Assembly (NCBI GenBank): GCA_965235115.1 | Contig: OZ249444.1 | Coordinates: 10,974,001 to 11,038,000, forward strand | Direction of reading: 5' to 3' | DNA: 64,000 nt | Origin: Laetmonice hystrix | Taxonomy: Eukaryota | Shown here: piece by piece, positions 25,239 to 38,190 of the stretch | Position numbering within the stretch: the first letter of the stretch is position 1 | Layout: every line of letters starts with the position of its first letter | Translations under genes and position numbers: made by a program | Notes under the pieces: generated by a model | What the model was told of the DNA's origin: nothing | Databases searched by the model: none | Seen by the model: the letters and a program-made list of their open reading frames with translations, nothing else

Positions 25239-27563
25239 GATGGTCAGTATTCCCAACCAGCTGCCTCTCGAACTTTTTCTGGGGACAATTCTGTGTCCTT
25301 CCCGGGACAATGTTCTTAAAGTTCCAAGTTCACCCTCAGGGAGGAAACCAAATTTTGTCTTCACGTTCCACCCCCAGGTGGCGCCTCGGGGCGTTCCTGG
25401 CCGATCGCTTTGCCTGCTGGCCTCGCCGATAAGGTCCTCACCCCCGGGGCGTCCCAGCCTTAGAGCTGAGTACGGTTCCCCACAGCGAGGATATGTCAGA
25501 AATTGCCCGGTGATGGGCTCCTATGGTTACCACCAGATATATGATGGAGACGTTAGAGACATGAAAACGCAAACAGTAGCTCAGGGCGATCCCATACTAT
25601 GATACAACGACCGGGGGAGCTGTACGGCAATGTGCAGTGCGACATTCTTTTTGGTATTAGTTTGACATGCTATGTTTCGCGTTCCTCCTTTTCATTTCTT
25701 GCAAGTATGCCGCTCCACACAGACAAAAGAAAGACTGTAATAATAATCGTGCTACTTGCATAAACAACAACAAAAACGACATCCCGGATATGTAGTCAGC
25801 ATAGTTACATTCATAAAGGACGCCGGAGGATATCATGATAGGTCGGTCCCATTATCAATATCTTTGTGACCACCTGGTCGGTGTGTCCTTACTCGGCATT
25901 AGGGAGGCAGCATTACCATATACAGGATCCATATCATCACATACATTCGGTTATAGTATCAGGATGGATGGTCACATATAAAAACTCATTACAGACATCT
26001 ACACATTATTTTAGCCCTCAAGGTATATGTATAAGACACTAGTGGCGTCTACATATGATAGCCGGTTTACGGTTCACTGACTTCACCTGTCGCAGACCAG
26101 TGGGTCAGAGAAATGTATCTACCTACCCCCCCCCCCCCCCCCCAGTAATTAACTTTTCCTCGCGCTTTCATAGGGATGTGCCGTGCCTTTAATAGGAGAT
26201 AAAGTAATTTATGACGGACTGATTCCAGGAGCCGTTTTGCCCTCTCAGCGTCCATACACCCATTACTTCATGCGTTCTCGTCCTTAGCTCATCACCACTG
26301 CGCATGTGTGACAAGAATGGATAGAGCTGTTCGGAATAATAGGTGTTATCCGTCATTTAGAGGCTATAATACGGCACCATCCCGCGATTAGATTACAGGC
26401 ATTGATCGTGACAGTGATCTATGGATGCTTACTAAAATCGTCATAATCACCAGCTCAATGGTGAGACGGTAACGCGGGATGGAACAGGCCTCAAAACACC
26501 CACAGGTCGGCGACTTTTTCAAAAGGCAATGACAGTGAATCTTATAATGCTTCGGGCCCATCTTACGAGGCCATCTTACGAGGTTCATAAAAATATCGTT
26601 AAATCGCATCGCAATAAATGGAAAACCAATCGTTCATAACCACTTTATCAAAGCGTGGTACCTGATTCATCGCTGGGTAGGTTGATGACATCATTATTAA
26701 CGATGATGTCGGAACGTATTTTTGGCGTTACAGTGACCGATTTCGGGTGCTCTCCGCGTTCATAGGGTAGACAGACTAAAGTTTACAGAAATATAGCTCG
26801 CCCTTCCTTATCTGTAAACGTAAATACCCTTGCCTGTCAGTATTTCTCACAGCACATGAATCATTTCATTTACAGTATGCTCGTTATCATTTGTTACACA
26901 TCCGGTAACGACCACAGTGACAAACAGATGGCAGACTGCTACGAAACGAACCTGTGAGCCATATCTTATTCTAAACATCAACACTCTTCTCCAAAGGTCA
27001 CCATCACCCTGCTATATTAGCACTCCATGTGCGCGATAAGTGTTAGCTGATTCAAACTGACAAATACATTTTTCATGACCGATTTTTTTTCTTCTTCTCC
27101 CCCCCCCCCCCCCATTATACCAAGACCGGTAATGAATGGTCCACATACTGAGGGCTACCTCCCAACACGATGGTTACATGCCTCCACCATGAACGTACCC
27201 CCGCCACTCCATGAGCTTTGTTACACTTTGAGACAAATGAAGAATCACGTCTGCTATATTAGCTGAAATATGATCCTCTAAAACGAAGGCTATGTTAGGA
27301 TGTACAAGGCGTCTCAAATGTTTATATTTCATATTATACCAACAAATAAACGGTCATTTTGCGAGGGATTTTAATGTGCCATGTAGAGACATTGATGTAA
27401 CGTTCACATCACATTTCCCGTTATGGTGATGGACCTTCTGAAATGTAGCGATCGTTATCGACCGTGGAGGTGTCACAAAATATTTGGTCGTGGGACAGAC
27501 ACCAACCCTCGGCCGGCTGTCCTAGAGCAGAAGGTTCCATGAAGGACGGAATCCAATATGTCA

Positions 27564-27649
27564 CCAGAGGGACGTCCGTGGCAGACTCTCCAGGCCTGCA
27601 CGCCCCAGACGGACGTCCGTGGCAGACTCTCCAGGCCTGCACGCCCAGA
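27564..27649. repeat. 41-bp tandem duplication
   Basis: GGACGTCCGTGGCAGACTCTCCAGGCCTGCACGCCC at 27570 and 27611. Confidence 0.93.
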
Positions 27650-28310
27650 GATTTGTATTCAAGCACCTATAATAGGATTGGAGGCAACTATTCTGTGTGC
27701 GTCTGGCTGCCGGCGCACTGACTCTCACCTGGGAATCCCACTGTTCTTTCCAAGGATTAGTTGGTTTAAGAAGGTTCAGACCTGACACCTATTTATGTTA
27801 TCGATTCGATTAAAGAATCTCACTGACCAAATGATCCCAGGACTAATGCTACATGCTCCAGGTGAAGGATGATCTAGGGCGACTCCATAACAAAGACATA
27901 TTGACCTACCCCTCCCCATTCCTGCCAATGACCACTACAGTCCAAAGATACCAGGGTTATATAGCAGCTTTTAAGGTTCTCGCTCTGTGCATATCATCAA
28001 CTACATATATAATATAGAGTTGAAACTTGCACTGACCCATCCACGCTAATCCATCATACTGGGAGGCCCTATGTCAGGTTCAACATCAGGCGCGTACGTC
28101 GAGACAAGGCGGCTCGGCAAAGCCACAAAAACAACAATATCCAAAGGTACTATCTGGTACACAAACTCACAATGAGGCGGTAAAAACTCTCTCCCCTCTG
28201 AGTTTAGCACGCGATATATGAGCTCGTATGGCTAAGGGATGGGGAAACTTCCTAGGGAATGTTGCAGACATCTAAACCCAAGGTTAGATGAAAACATGGT
28301 GTGATACCTA

Positions 28311-28326
28311 AGGTCACACAAGGTCA
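28311..28326 (+). promoter_or_regulatory. Nuclear receptor DR4 element
   Basis: AGGTCA-caca-AGGTCA, both half-sites perfect. Confidence 0.4.
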
Positions 28327-29454
28327 TGTGTCTATCTCTCTTATCTCTCTGCCACGACCCACAGCCTAGACACGTCACAGGAGAAAAACATTAGTTTCCT
28401 TATCCCCGAGAACTGGCGCATCTGCAGCATATCTGTACATGTCCCCACTGCTGGCCGTCTCTGACTTCACTCCGAGTTCACTGACAGTGTGCCAATTGCC
28501 TCTTGACATGGCAACTATAAATCAGCATGTCCGTGCCGAGATACCAGCCTCGCTATGAGATCGAGGCAGATGACACTCTAAGCGCCCCCTAGACTATACG
28601 GCAGTTATGACACAAACATGCGCCGGAAATGAAAACTGGGCGCATGACGTATGTACATATGTAGCCGACGTTAGAGGTGCGCAACTCGTGTGGCTGCCAG
28701 GCTGCAGCTAGTCTATGTATACACATCCTAGAAGAAGCCACATGGCGCACATAGCCATGGGAGACCACACATATCACAACGCGTTATGAGGCGCTACCTC
28801 ACCGACATTCCCTGCGCGTGTTTACAACCGTTAAATTACCAAAGCAAACAGACACGCGAGCAAAAACTGTGCAAGCTTCCTAAGACACTTAACGGGGGAT
28901 TTACTTCCAATCAGTTAAACCCGACCTCCCAGGGCTGTCCGACTGTGTGATGGAGCCACAGCCGCGAATTTAATAAGTATAAAGAGGTGGCACTTGCAGA
29001 GTGAACCCAAGGGGGCAAGGCAAAGGTTACGGCGGGCGGGCAAGCACTGCTGGGTGGTGTTCTAGTCACTGCTAGGTGCTGATAATATGGCGGACGTGAC
29101 GAGGCAGACAGGAAAACCTTGTAAGAACCCCCTTGTCATAGATCACAACGCTTCCTAAAGTACGTTGATAACCTAAAAGATTTTTCGTTCCTATGAGAAT
29201 ATATTTCTTTTTTGTCTTTTTTTCACGTTTATTTTATTACCCTCCCAAAACGTGTCGGCAATATAAGAACAAGGTCTCGTGGCGAGCCTTGCTTCCGGTG
29301 TGATGAGACCGATAAAGCAGTGGCCCTCAAGCGCTGTTCTATGTCACTCGGCACAGTTAGCATGGCGAGTCCTCAATGATAAATAACCTTCCACAGACAC
29401 CAGCCGCAAACTCCCAGCCACAGTTGAGTTTGACTTCATAGATCCGTATATCCC

Positions 29455-29790
29455 TCAGCCCCTGGCTCCATCACCATTCTCTACCTCTTGATCCCTAAGG
29501 GATCCGCGCCATTGATCTCCCATGGCTCCCGTGACCTCATCCTCCCTGGGGTCATGAACTCTTGTTTTGGAGATCGATGCTCCGAACTGACGGGAATGAC
29601 ATCGTGGATTTAATAACTCGCTGGAGGAACCTATGGCGGACGCTGTGACGTCGATACCAGAGTTATAGATCCTATTGGTGCGATCTACATGATAAGTGCG
29701 CGTCTCTCCCGGCTGCTGTGACCCGCCGACCTGGAGGACATTAGCCGGGACTCCAAGGGGAAGTACCCGTTCACTTGGGCTATCTGTCAT
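29455..29790 (-). CDS. Hypothetical 111-aa ORF (MTDSPSERV...), unknown function
   Basis: True ATG start with upstream in-frame stops; a weak acceptor at 29854 and overlapping AATAAA signals near 29225-29240 downstream on the minus strand. No domain recognised. Confidence 0.18.
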   Translation of the reverse strand: MTDSPSERVLPLGVPANVLQVGGSQQPGETRTYHVDRTNRIYNSGIDVTASAIGSSSELLNPRCHSRQFGASISKTRVHDPREDEVTGAMGDQWRGSLRDQEVENGDGARG

Positions 29791-30229
29791 CTCCCCCAGT
29801 TAATGTCAGCAGCACGTCAGAGTCCAGAGAACACCTCAATCCACCCTTCCAATCCTGCCATTTACACAACTAGGCTTATGAAAAACACGTGCACGTCGGG
29901 TTCGGGACCCACAGGTGCTTGCTTGTCGACAGGCCGATGGTGGGGAAGAACTGGGAGGAGCAGGGCGCTGTAGTTGCTGTAGTTAACGCCGGATTCAGAT
30001 TGGACTTCTGACACGGGAGTGGTACTGAAAACTGGAGCAGGCTCCGCGCCCCTCCCTCCCCGCACGGTCAGGGCACGGCCGGGCGGCATTCCGTGTATAC
30101 CGTCTCCAGCAGGTCGGTATGTACGTACAGTGCACAGGGAGGGGTGTCGTAACCTGGCCACGGGCTCGCAGCAAGGAGCCCTGTTGTCTGAGGGACGGAA
30201 CGGGGTCTGGTCGGGAAACGGGTGGCAAG

Positions 30230-30257
30230 ATCATCATCATCATCATCATCATCATCA
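30230..30257. repeat. (ATC/CAT)9 microsatellite
   Basis: Read directly; explains the polyH, polyM and polyD ORFs. Confidence 0.95.
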
Positions 30258-30448
30258 CTCATGTCGAATGTGCAGGATAGGTTACAGGAATGTGCAGTTT
30301 GATACAGATAATATAGTCATAGCAAAGAAACTTTTTTATGTTGCAGGTGTAGGGCCTAAGATAATTCCGAGTCATTCCCTATGTATGAATGGGTCGATCT
30401 CTAAGCATGAAGGCAGAGCGGTCGGAAAGGAGGCTTTATAACCATCTT

Positions 30449-30612
30449 CAGTGGCGGATCCAGGGGGTGGGTTTAGGGGGTTCCCCCTCCTTGGCAACCG
30501 ATTTTTCTTTTTGCTTCAACCATGCTGAGCCATGCTAAAGTAAATTCTTCCCCTAAACCCCTCTAACCCCCCCCCCCCCCTCCCCCAATCAAAAATCCTG
30601 GATCCGCCCCTG
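30449..30612. mobile_element. hAT-like MITE (family D) with apparent 5-bp TSD
   Basis: 16-bp TIR CAG(T/G)GGCGGATCCAGG, 1 mismatch; ATCTT direct repeat at 30444-30448 and 30613-30617; 8-bp flanks do not match. Confidence 0.82.
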
Positions 30613-32044
30613 ATCTTTCAAACAGTGTTTTTGATGAACAAGCTGTAAAAGCTGTCGCTGAACAAAGAACTCTCCCTGGCCCACTGATTACAGTCGCGTC
30701 TCTGACACGGGTAAATCCCCCTGTTATTTAAACGTACACCATCCCGAAACCTGACGTGTATACATGTGTATTATGGGTCAATAGACATGGATATGTTTTT
30801 TTCCATGTCGTGAACAGGTTAAATCAATAAAGCCCGATTCATTCATTCATGTTTATCCTTTCTCAGCCCCAACGCCGCAAGTATACACCGTAATAAATTA
30901 ATCTTTTTTGTTTGTTTGGACGCATGATATTCCTGTCAATAAGCCATACTCTCAGACCTATACTGGCAATACTTGAAATGTTAGAATTACAGTCATACTC
31001 TCTTGTTTGACAGCCAGCTTTCTGGAGTGCCACTTAATCTCCTCCATAAAGATAAATGTCGTTGGGCAGTCACATCATTCTAGTGATTTATCCAGGCCCC
31101 TAACCAGTCCGATTCATTAGGTATTCCTATGGGCAGAGATTCATGCCACGCACATCTACTGGAGGTACTGATTTCACAGGCAGCGTCACCGAATATTGTG
31201 TGACAAAGGATATCCCTCGTGAGTCGACGTCTGTTGTGAACACTGGCACAGGACTTCACTCTAGCTTAACATCCGTTTTTTCCTCGTTTTCTAAAACATC
31301 TAAGACTTCAAAGTGACGGGGGCTTCTCCACTCTCATATTCCTCTATTAATGTTACAAACCGCGGGAGACTTCTTGGGAGCCTGGCCAATGTAAAACGGT
31401 GCCGCATTCCGTTGATGGCCTTAACAAAATACTGGGACATAAGTCCATAAGACGAGGTTTTCAAGCGCCATTGGATGCATTTGATGGCCATCCCCTAGTG
31501 GGTAGCGTCAATGGCGTCAGGATAGTCGTGGATCAGAAGCGTCGCTACTGGCGGCGGCGTGAAGCAGTGAGCGATAAATGGTTGAGTTGGCCGGACACGG
31601 ACGTTGCGATCATACGACCGGATTCTCTCCATGTCGCGTCCCAGTGTCCTTGAGTAGCAGCTCTCATTATTGCCGCCCTGGCGTCGGATACCCATCGCTC
31701 GCCTAAAGACCCATTCGTTTGAAAGCGTATACACTGAATTAGGTAGTCAATATCGCGCAGCCCAGATTATGATCGGCATTCAGCTTTCAACATACTCCGT
31801 GCCTAAATGACACGCCTGAAAGCCCCCTGAGTTCTCACGCCCGAACAGCGGTCTGTCAGTCCGGCACTTAGGGGACTCGCACAGGGAGGGCATTAAATGT
31901 ACTGTTCTTACTGAGCCTCAAATATTGCCCAGCACACGCTATGAGACCTCGAGCTGTCACTCATAAACTACCGACCCTTCCCAGCTGGATACACAATTGG
32001 TAAAACCCTGCATGGTTTATAAACTACATCAGCGCAGCACTCAC

Positions 32045-32239
32045 CTGTGTCAATGGAAGGCTTGGGTTGATGATGGTACGTAGACCTCTGACAAGGCCTC
32101 GTCCTGTGGGAGGCTGACCAGAATCTGAAGATGTCCAGTCTCCAGGGTGACCTCCATATGACCCTGCCGTGGTATTCCCCACATTGTCTTCCATGCTGAC
32201 TGACTACTTGAGCGATCAAACAGGGTGCACACCCGTCCA
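32045..32239 (-). other. Candidate 195-nt exon; ATG at 32194 opens MEDNVGNTTAGSYGGHPGDWTSSDSGQPPTGRGLVRGLRTIINPSLPLTQ up to the donor
   Basis: Acceptor TTCTGCCCTATATAG and donor CAG|GTGAGT are both canonical; ATG context AGCATGG; length divisible by 3. No homology recognised. Confidence 0.35.
32148..32164 (-). promoter_or_regulatory. Nuclear receptor DR5 (RARE-type) element
   Basis: Minus strand GGGTCA-tatgg-AGGTCA. Confidence 0.35.
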
Positions 32240-33163
32240 CTATATAGGGCAGAATTCTCTCTCGTAAAGCTTCCTAGTAATCCCAGACCTAGTTATCTCA
32301 ATCAGAAATCTCGCCTATCTCTCCGGTCTTAGACGTCTTCTCCACGGCGTGAATATACATCATCTGAAGGTGACACAACTTTGAAAATACCTGGTCCTCC
32401 AAGCTACCTCTGCATCTACTATACGTGGGCCAGCTGCCGATCCGTGCCGTGGTTGGGTGGGCCTCCGCAGCTGGCGTCCAGCATCACTACAAGTTGCCAA
32501 ACTTTTTTCCCCCACCGGAAAGTGAACAGAAAAGCGCCGTCATAAATACGTCTACAAACAATCCATCACCACGCCGTCAGCAATGAGGTCTTTCTAGTTT
32601 TTTTTCTGATTAAGCCTACAGCAGTGGAAAGTCACAACGAGGATATCAGCGAATATCACAGTGCTCTCTCTCCGTCGCTCTCAATCTCACTTGTTGCGTC
32701 TCGACATTGGACTCTCGGTTGAGTGGCGGTCGTGATTCCTAGTGCCTGGGGGTCAGCGGCCGGTTGGGCTCCCGGCTACTACAATGCTGCCGCTGTCTCC
32801 ACCAGCCTGACCAGAAAACTCACCACGCTCCCGTCCTTTGTGTGGCCCGCAAGTCTTGACATACATGCACAGTGGTATATGAAATTAAGCTGGTGACGGT
32901 TGTATGGCATAACCAAAAGGTGCTGTATGCGTCATAGAGTCTATAGATCTGACCATATTACTCAATGACACGTGTTTCCCTGTGGTTCGGGACGCACTAG
33001 GTTCAGATGATGATAAGTCATGCTTGGCTTGTATTCTCAGAGCGGGATTCCTCACGCATCGTGTCAGCTCTCCCGGCGTCCCTGTAATTACTCTGGCCCG
33101 CTTTGACACAGAGCTGATGTGTTCTGTCTCCGCATCCGGATGACTCGTCCGGAGGTCACTCAC

Positions 33164-33490
33164 GCATCTGTCCCAGATCCGTGTTTACCGACAACGTGAT
33201 GCTGAGTGCCGCGCCCTCTGTTGTTACACTGATCGGGTCAATATGTATCGTGTGTTCTTGTCACTTATGTATCCCGCCTGTGTGCGTATTGTGCCGGAGG
33301 CCCGACTGCTCTTATCCACTTTATCACATGGGCGGTTATTATGTTCAATAGTTTTCTATTAATCGGCGTTACATCATCCAGGCCTCCTTGCAACTGCTCA
33401 GTCGACCATCTGCATGTATAGTTGGAGCCGGCTGTACAGTTGGTGGGCGTTGTGAACGGCTGTGCTGCCGTTGCTGCTTCTGCCTCGAGA

Positions 33491-33548
<58 letters not shown>

Positions 33549-33760
33549 TCTCCAGCAGCCTCCAGCGTGCGCGACCTCTCTGAGACGAGTGATTCTGTCC
33601 CACCCGATAGCAGGACGTGACTGCTCTCCCCAGGAGCAGCGCCTATCTTCCTCCAGTAGGCGTCCTCAGTGTGCTCTGTTGCTCCAGGCGGGGGACCACG
33701 TGGATAGCTCGTCACAGCAACCGCTGCTCGCGGCGCCTTGAGCCTCACCTGCCTCGGTCG
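33164..33760 (-). other. Candidate first exon (mostly 5' UTR) carrying (CAG)18; 5' end undefined
   Basis: GC/CpG-rich segment ending at a consensus donor ATGC|GTGAGT (intron starts at 33163). Confidence 0.3.
33493..33546. repeat. Pure (CTG)18 / (CAG)18 trinucleotide repeat
   Basis: 54 uninterrupted bases; produces the polyQ, polyL and polyA ORFs in the track. Confidence 0.98.
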
Positions 33761-36700
33761 GCCGGCCGACCAGACCAGTGTAGTATACGGTACGGTAGGC
33801 CTACAGTAGACCAGTAGAAAGTCACCGGGCCGGCTGAACACAATCAAAATCTCGGCTACAGCGGCCAGGCGGGCTGGCCTCTCATGGTGGTGGTGCACGG
33901 TGGCGAAGCAGTATACAAATATTGTATGTACACAGCAGAGAGTAACTTGTTACATATAACGAGGGTGGTTACTGAGCACATGTCTGATAACAATACAAGC
34001 CCTGACAAGATGCTACAATCTGTTCAGGAGATCCAGGCTGATCTATCCTTCCCTAAAGCCCGATCGACAGGCCACTCAGTACCCGGATGGTGGTTGCTGA
34101 AGTAGCCGGTAGGCGGCGTTGATAAGACAACGAGCCCGACTGTCAAGAAGAGGAAGGGTGCAACAACCATCACAGATACGGGTAGTGTCTGGTGCTTGAC
34201 GAGGGTCGGCTCCACACGCCAGCCTCTGCTAAAGGTCCGCAGTACTGGTCAGGCGGGCATGTTAACTTACAGGATGCACCATAGACATAATAATGTATAC
34301 CTGGGCATCTTTGTGGTACTTTGCTCTATTTACAAAAATATCAAAGATTGTTTTGTGACACTATATGAACATGAAAAATATAGTCAGACTCAAACTTGAC
34401 CATTTGCATGAATATTAATGACGGGATTTTGAATCATTTTTAATACCAAATTTTTCGCTTCAGAGTTTCATCTTTTAGGAGCATACAATAATTCTTTATC
34501 AATCACGTGGGTCACCCGGGGAGAAATAGTCATTTTTTGCAGTGCCATTCTTTATCAGTGGCGATGGCTGTCCTTATGATAAATACAAAAATCCGATACG
34601 CAGGGGACACTGAGCTTTGGGTGCAGTGTTGCTCAAAGACCGAAACTTTCCTGAATCACAAATAGCACAAGGCCTGCTTCTAAATAGTTACTCCAGCCGA
34701 CACAGGGGACGCTGCTGAGTAAGGCCAGCCTCCCTGGCGAATATAGACCTAATGTATTCGTGGGCCGTGGGCCGGTGGTGTGTAATAACTCGGCGGAACC
34801 CCCCCCCCCCCCCCCCCTACCGCCACCTCTCAGTATCAAGGTTACGGGCGCCCCGAGGCGTACAGGGCCGGCTGGCGAGCCGGACACACTCAACAGTGGT
34901 TGGAGGGAGTTCTTTGTATGCTGGCCTGGCCGTGCGATGTGACGGTCTCGGGAGGGGCCGGCTCGCCCCCCCCCCCCTCTCACCCACCCTGGAGGAATCC
35001 TCGGAGGAGATCGGCTCACCTCAGTTGGTCACTCCCACACGTACGCTCCTACAGAACGCCACCACGCTCAGGGAATCGAAACATAGTCGCCCACTCAGGG
35101 ACGGTAATGGTCTGCATTGTAATTTTCCGGAGAAAGAAACGGTGGGGTTATTGCGGCAAAAACCGATAAACACAGGTTGATGGCCGACTTCAATTTGTCC
35201 CAGTAATCACAGTGCGTTTGGAACTGAAAGTATAAATCCGTGTTTGTATTGGGGTAAACTGTTTATTCCTCTGTTCGATATCCCAGACATTCCTTGACGA
35301 TAAGCACTACCGTCTATGTGTGCAGCATGCAGCTCGTGTGTGTTCCGGAATCGTTCGTTGAAAGCTTCGTTATTTGCTCTGGTGTAGCTCCAATCTGAAG
35401 TTGTCGGCCTCAGCCGAGTGTTAGGCCTCCCACCTCCCCAACAGGTCACGGACGAGTCACCATTGCGGTGCCACTAAAGTTTGCATGGTAATTGCCCTGT
35501 TTTCCGCTTGTATGACACGGCGCGCGACAAGTCCTAGTTTGTAGACACTCATGAGCAAACATAGCTTGGTTTCCTGGATAAACCCATTAATATAACACAC
35601 TGTAGAGTATAAGATAACCACGACATCGACTAGTAAATGGCCCATATCGTTTAGAAATGCGCATGCATGGTGATCTCTCCTAAACTATCATTAATTGTCT
35701 ACTCACTCATTTCCTACTTTTTCTGTCTATACTTGTAATAATTATTCTTCAGTATAATAGTAATGTAAGTATAATATAATATAAATATAAATCCGGTTAT
35801 ATCAATTTATCAACATTGCAATAATTCTTTTTCCATTAGACTACAATCATGCATTTGTCCTTATAAAGTTGTTAAAGATTCATGTAGAATCCTATTTAGA
35901 TGGAACCTTTGAAGTATTTTTGGCCCAAACATCAGAGACCCAATATAGGTGAGCCGTGACAGGAGAATACCCTGCTCACGCAGCAGACGATTCCAGAGAC
36001 AGACGCAGCTTCCAATGTTGGAGCAGACGACGGGCGCCAGCCAGGATTTTGGGCGGGAAGCCCCAGGCTCCCAGATAACCGGACAGAGTCACGCATCGCC
36101 CTGATCTTATACATCATATTTTCGATATAATGTCAGAAATATCGACTCCAATATGTACTGGGAGGACTCGGTGGGATTGGTCCAAGCACGCACTATACGC
36201 GGCCATTTCAGGCTGTAGTCGGACCGCCCTCCCCCCCCCCCCTACCTAGCCACCCTATCCCCGCCTTGGTCTCTCAAGCTAATGGGAGTCAGTCAAAATT
36301 AGACTGCATGCGGGTCTCAAAAATTACATCATTATCAAAGTAGTTTCTAAACAGATAACTAGCCCGCCGTACCACCCTAACATCGGAAACCCCCTTGTGT
36401 CAACCCCGACTCCTCCCAGCATTGCTTGCACCGCCCATCGATTGGCAGACACGGCCGATCTGTGCTGTTGACCCTAGGATCAGAAGTATCATTAGGGTCC
36501 ATGACCTCAGTGGTACAACCACCTGCCCCAAGTAAGGCAGTCAGAACTTGCCCAAAGGAGAAGTTCGAATTGCCCCCTCCCCCTAACCCCCCTTGCGGCC
36601 AACCAACATCCTTATTTCTCATATATAGCACTCAGATATGACCTCCAGGATCCCGGGTTGTCCATGTCGCGGTGGGATACTGGGCAGGAGGGAGCCTGAT

Positions 36701-37180
36701 CAAATATAGGTACGTCCCCGAGGGAGCCCGAGGGATGGGGAGCTAGGAGGGGCGAGGGACGAGGCCAAGATGGGCCATGATCTAGGACGAGTGTTTACAA
36801 CGGGAATTGACCGGCCCCTCGTGCTGAAATGACCAGATAAATCCCTGGTTGATTCCTACTTAATCATGTTTATCTGACCGGAGCGGACGAATTGAACGAT
36901 GGCATCGCCGGCCCTTGCTCAGCCGGAGGCGGTGGGATAAGAGAGTTGTAGAATCTAGTTCATGGTCGGAAGATACTCTCCAAGTTTACCTATACATGAT
37001 CTTCGCGTTACACCAATGGCTAGGTCCAGTAGAATGGTGAGGCATAATGTTTTCTCACACCCATGAAGAGTTACAGAAGATGCTGTAAACCAACGTACAA
37101 CCGGTCGGTGTCCGGCATGGACCGTTTCGTCTGGCATGCATTGCAGTGGTGAACTGGGAATGGGGGGCGGGCGGTTTCAG

Positions 37181-37205
37181 GGGTCAAAATGACCCATTGT
37201 GAACC
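37181..37205. promoter_or_regulatory. Composite IR3 (ERE-type) plus DR4 element
   Basis: GGGTCA-aaa-TGACCC-attg-TGAACC; the middle half-site is shared. Confidence 0.35.
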
Positions 37206-38190
37206 CCTTTTGCAGCTTTTCCTGTTGGACCCATCACTATTCGCATTCCTCCCGTCCGCCATAGACTTCCAGAAGATCTCCCGTCCTATACTCTTCCACA
37301 GAGATGTCGTGGCGTATGGAGATGTATGTCATTATGCATACATGACTCTTACGTAATAAACAGAATTTGGAGTTGTTCTAGGCGCCCTAATCGATATGTG
37401 TCAATCAGGAAGCTCAATTACTTTTAAGTTGATCGTGACGCCATTTATCGGTCTTGGGACAAGCATGTCCTGTCCCATGCACTTGACAGTAGTATCACAG
37501 AGGGTACTCTGTTGTAGTATACAATACATTTATTAGATAGAATTTTTTATATTCAACAATACGGTGCATACCTACAACCCAGACATGCACAGACACAAAG
37601 GTATAGTCCTATTGTTGAATTCAATATACTTGCTGTATTTAATGCTGTATCATTTATCATCTTACTTAGAGACGACAGCGAGTTTAGCACCGGACAGTTA
37701 GGTCCGTTGTTTGGGGGTCGAGGGAGGAGAATGAATCTATCAAAGAATAGATCTGGACGGTTGGCTGCGGGAAGTGATTGCTGTTGTTGGCAGGAGTTCA
37801 CCCTTCCATGGATCTCTCCATTCCTATATTGACAGCCACCGTCTGTCTGGCGTCACTCTGGCTATTCGACCTGTTGGTCCAGTCTGGTGATGAGGACCGC
37901 GGTCCATGCCGACACCGACAACAGACCGCTCCAGACACCTGTAACCACTCTCTCGATTCATTCAGTGCCAAATTCCACTCAGTAATGTGCAGAAAGTGAT
38001 ATTTCTATACTCACGTAGTACAGGAATGCTGCATGGCAGCTTACTTTAAGCTTATATGCATGCCATTCGGGTTAAGTAGGGGCTAAAACATCAAGAAACC
38101 AGACGGTGTAGTCATAATTATCGGGATAGTGTGACCATTTTGTCATCCTGATAGTTTTATTTATTGACTCCGTGAATACAGTTGGGCCTA

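Noticed and set aside
33265-33898. PolyQ, polyA and polyL ORFs as proteins
   Set aside because: All three derive from the same CTG tract; none has independent coding support.
37884-37905. Hammerhead-like TGATGAG-stem (also 19389 and 43084)
   Set aside because: The conserved CUGANGA...GAAA core is incomplete in each case.
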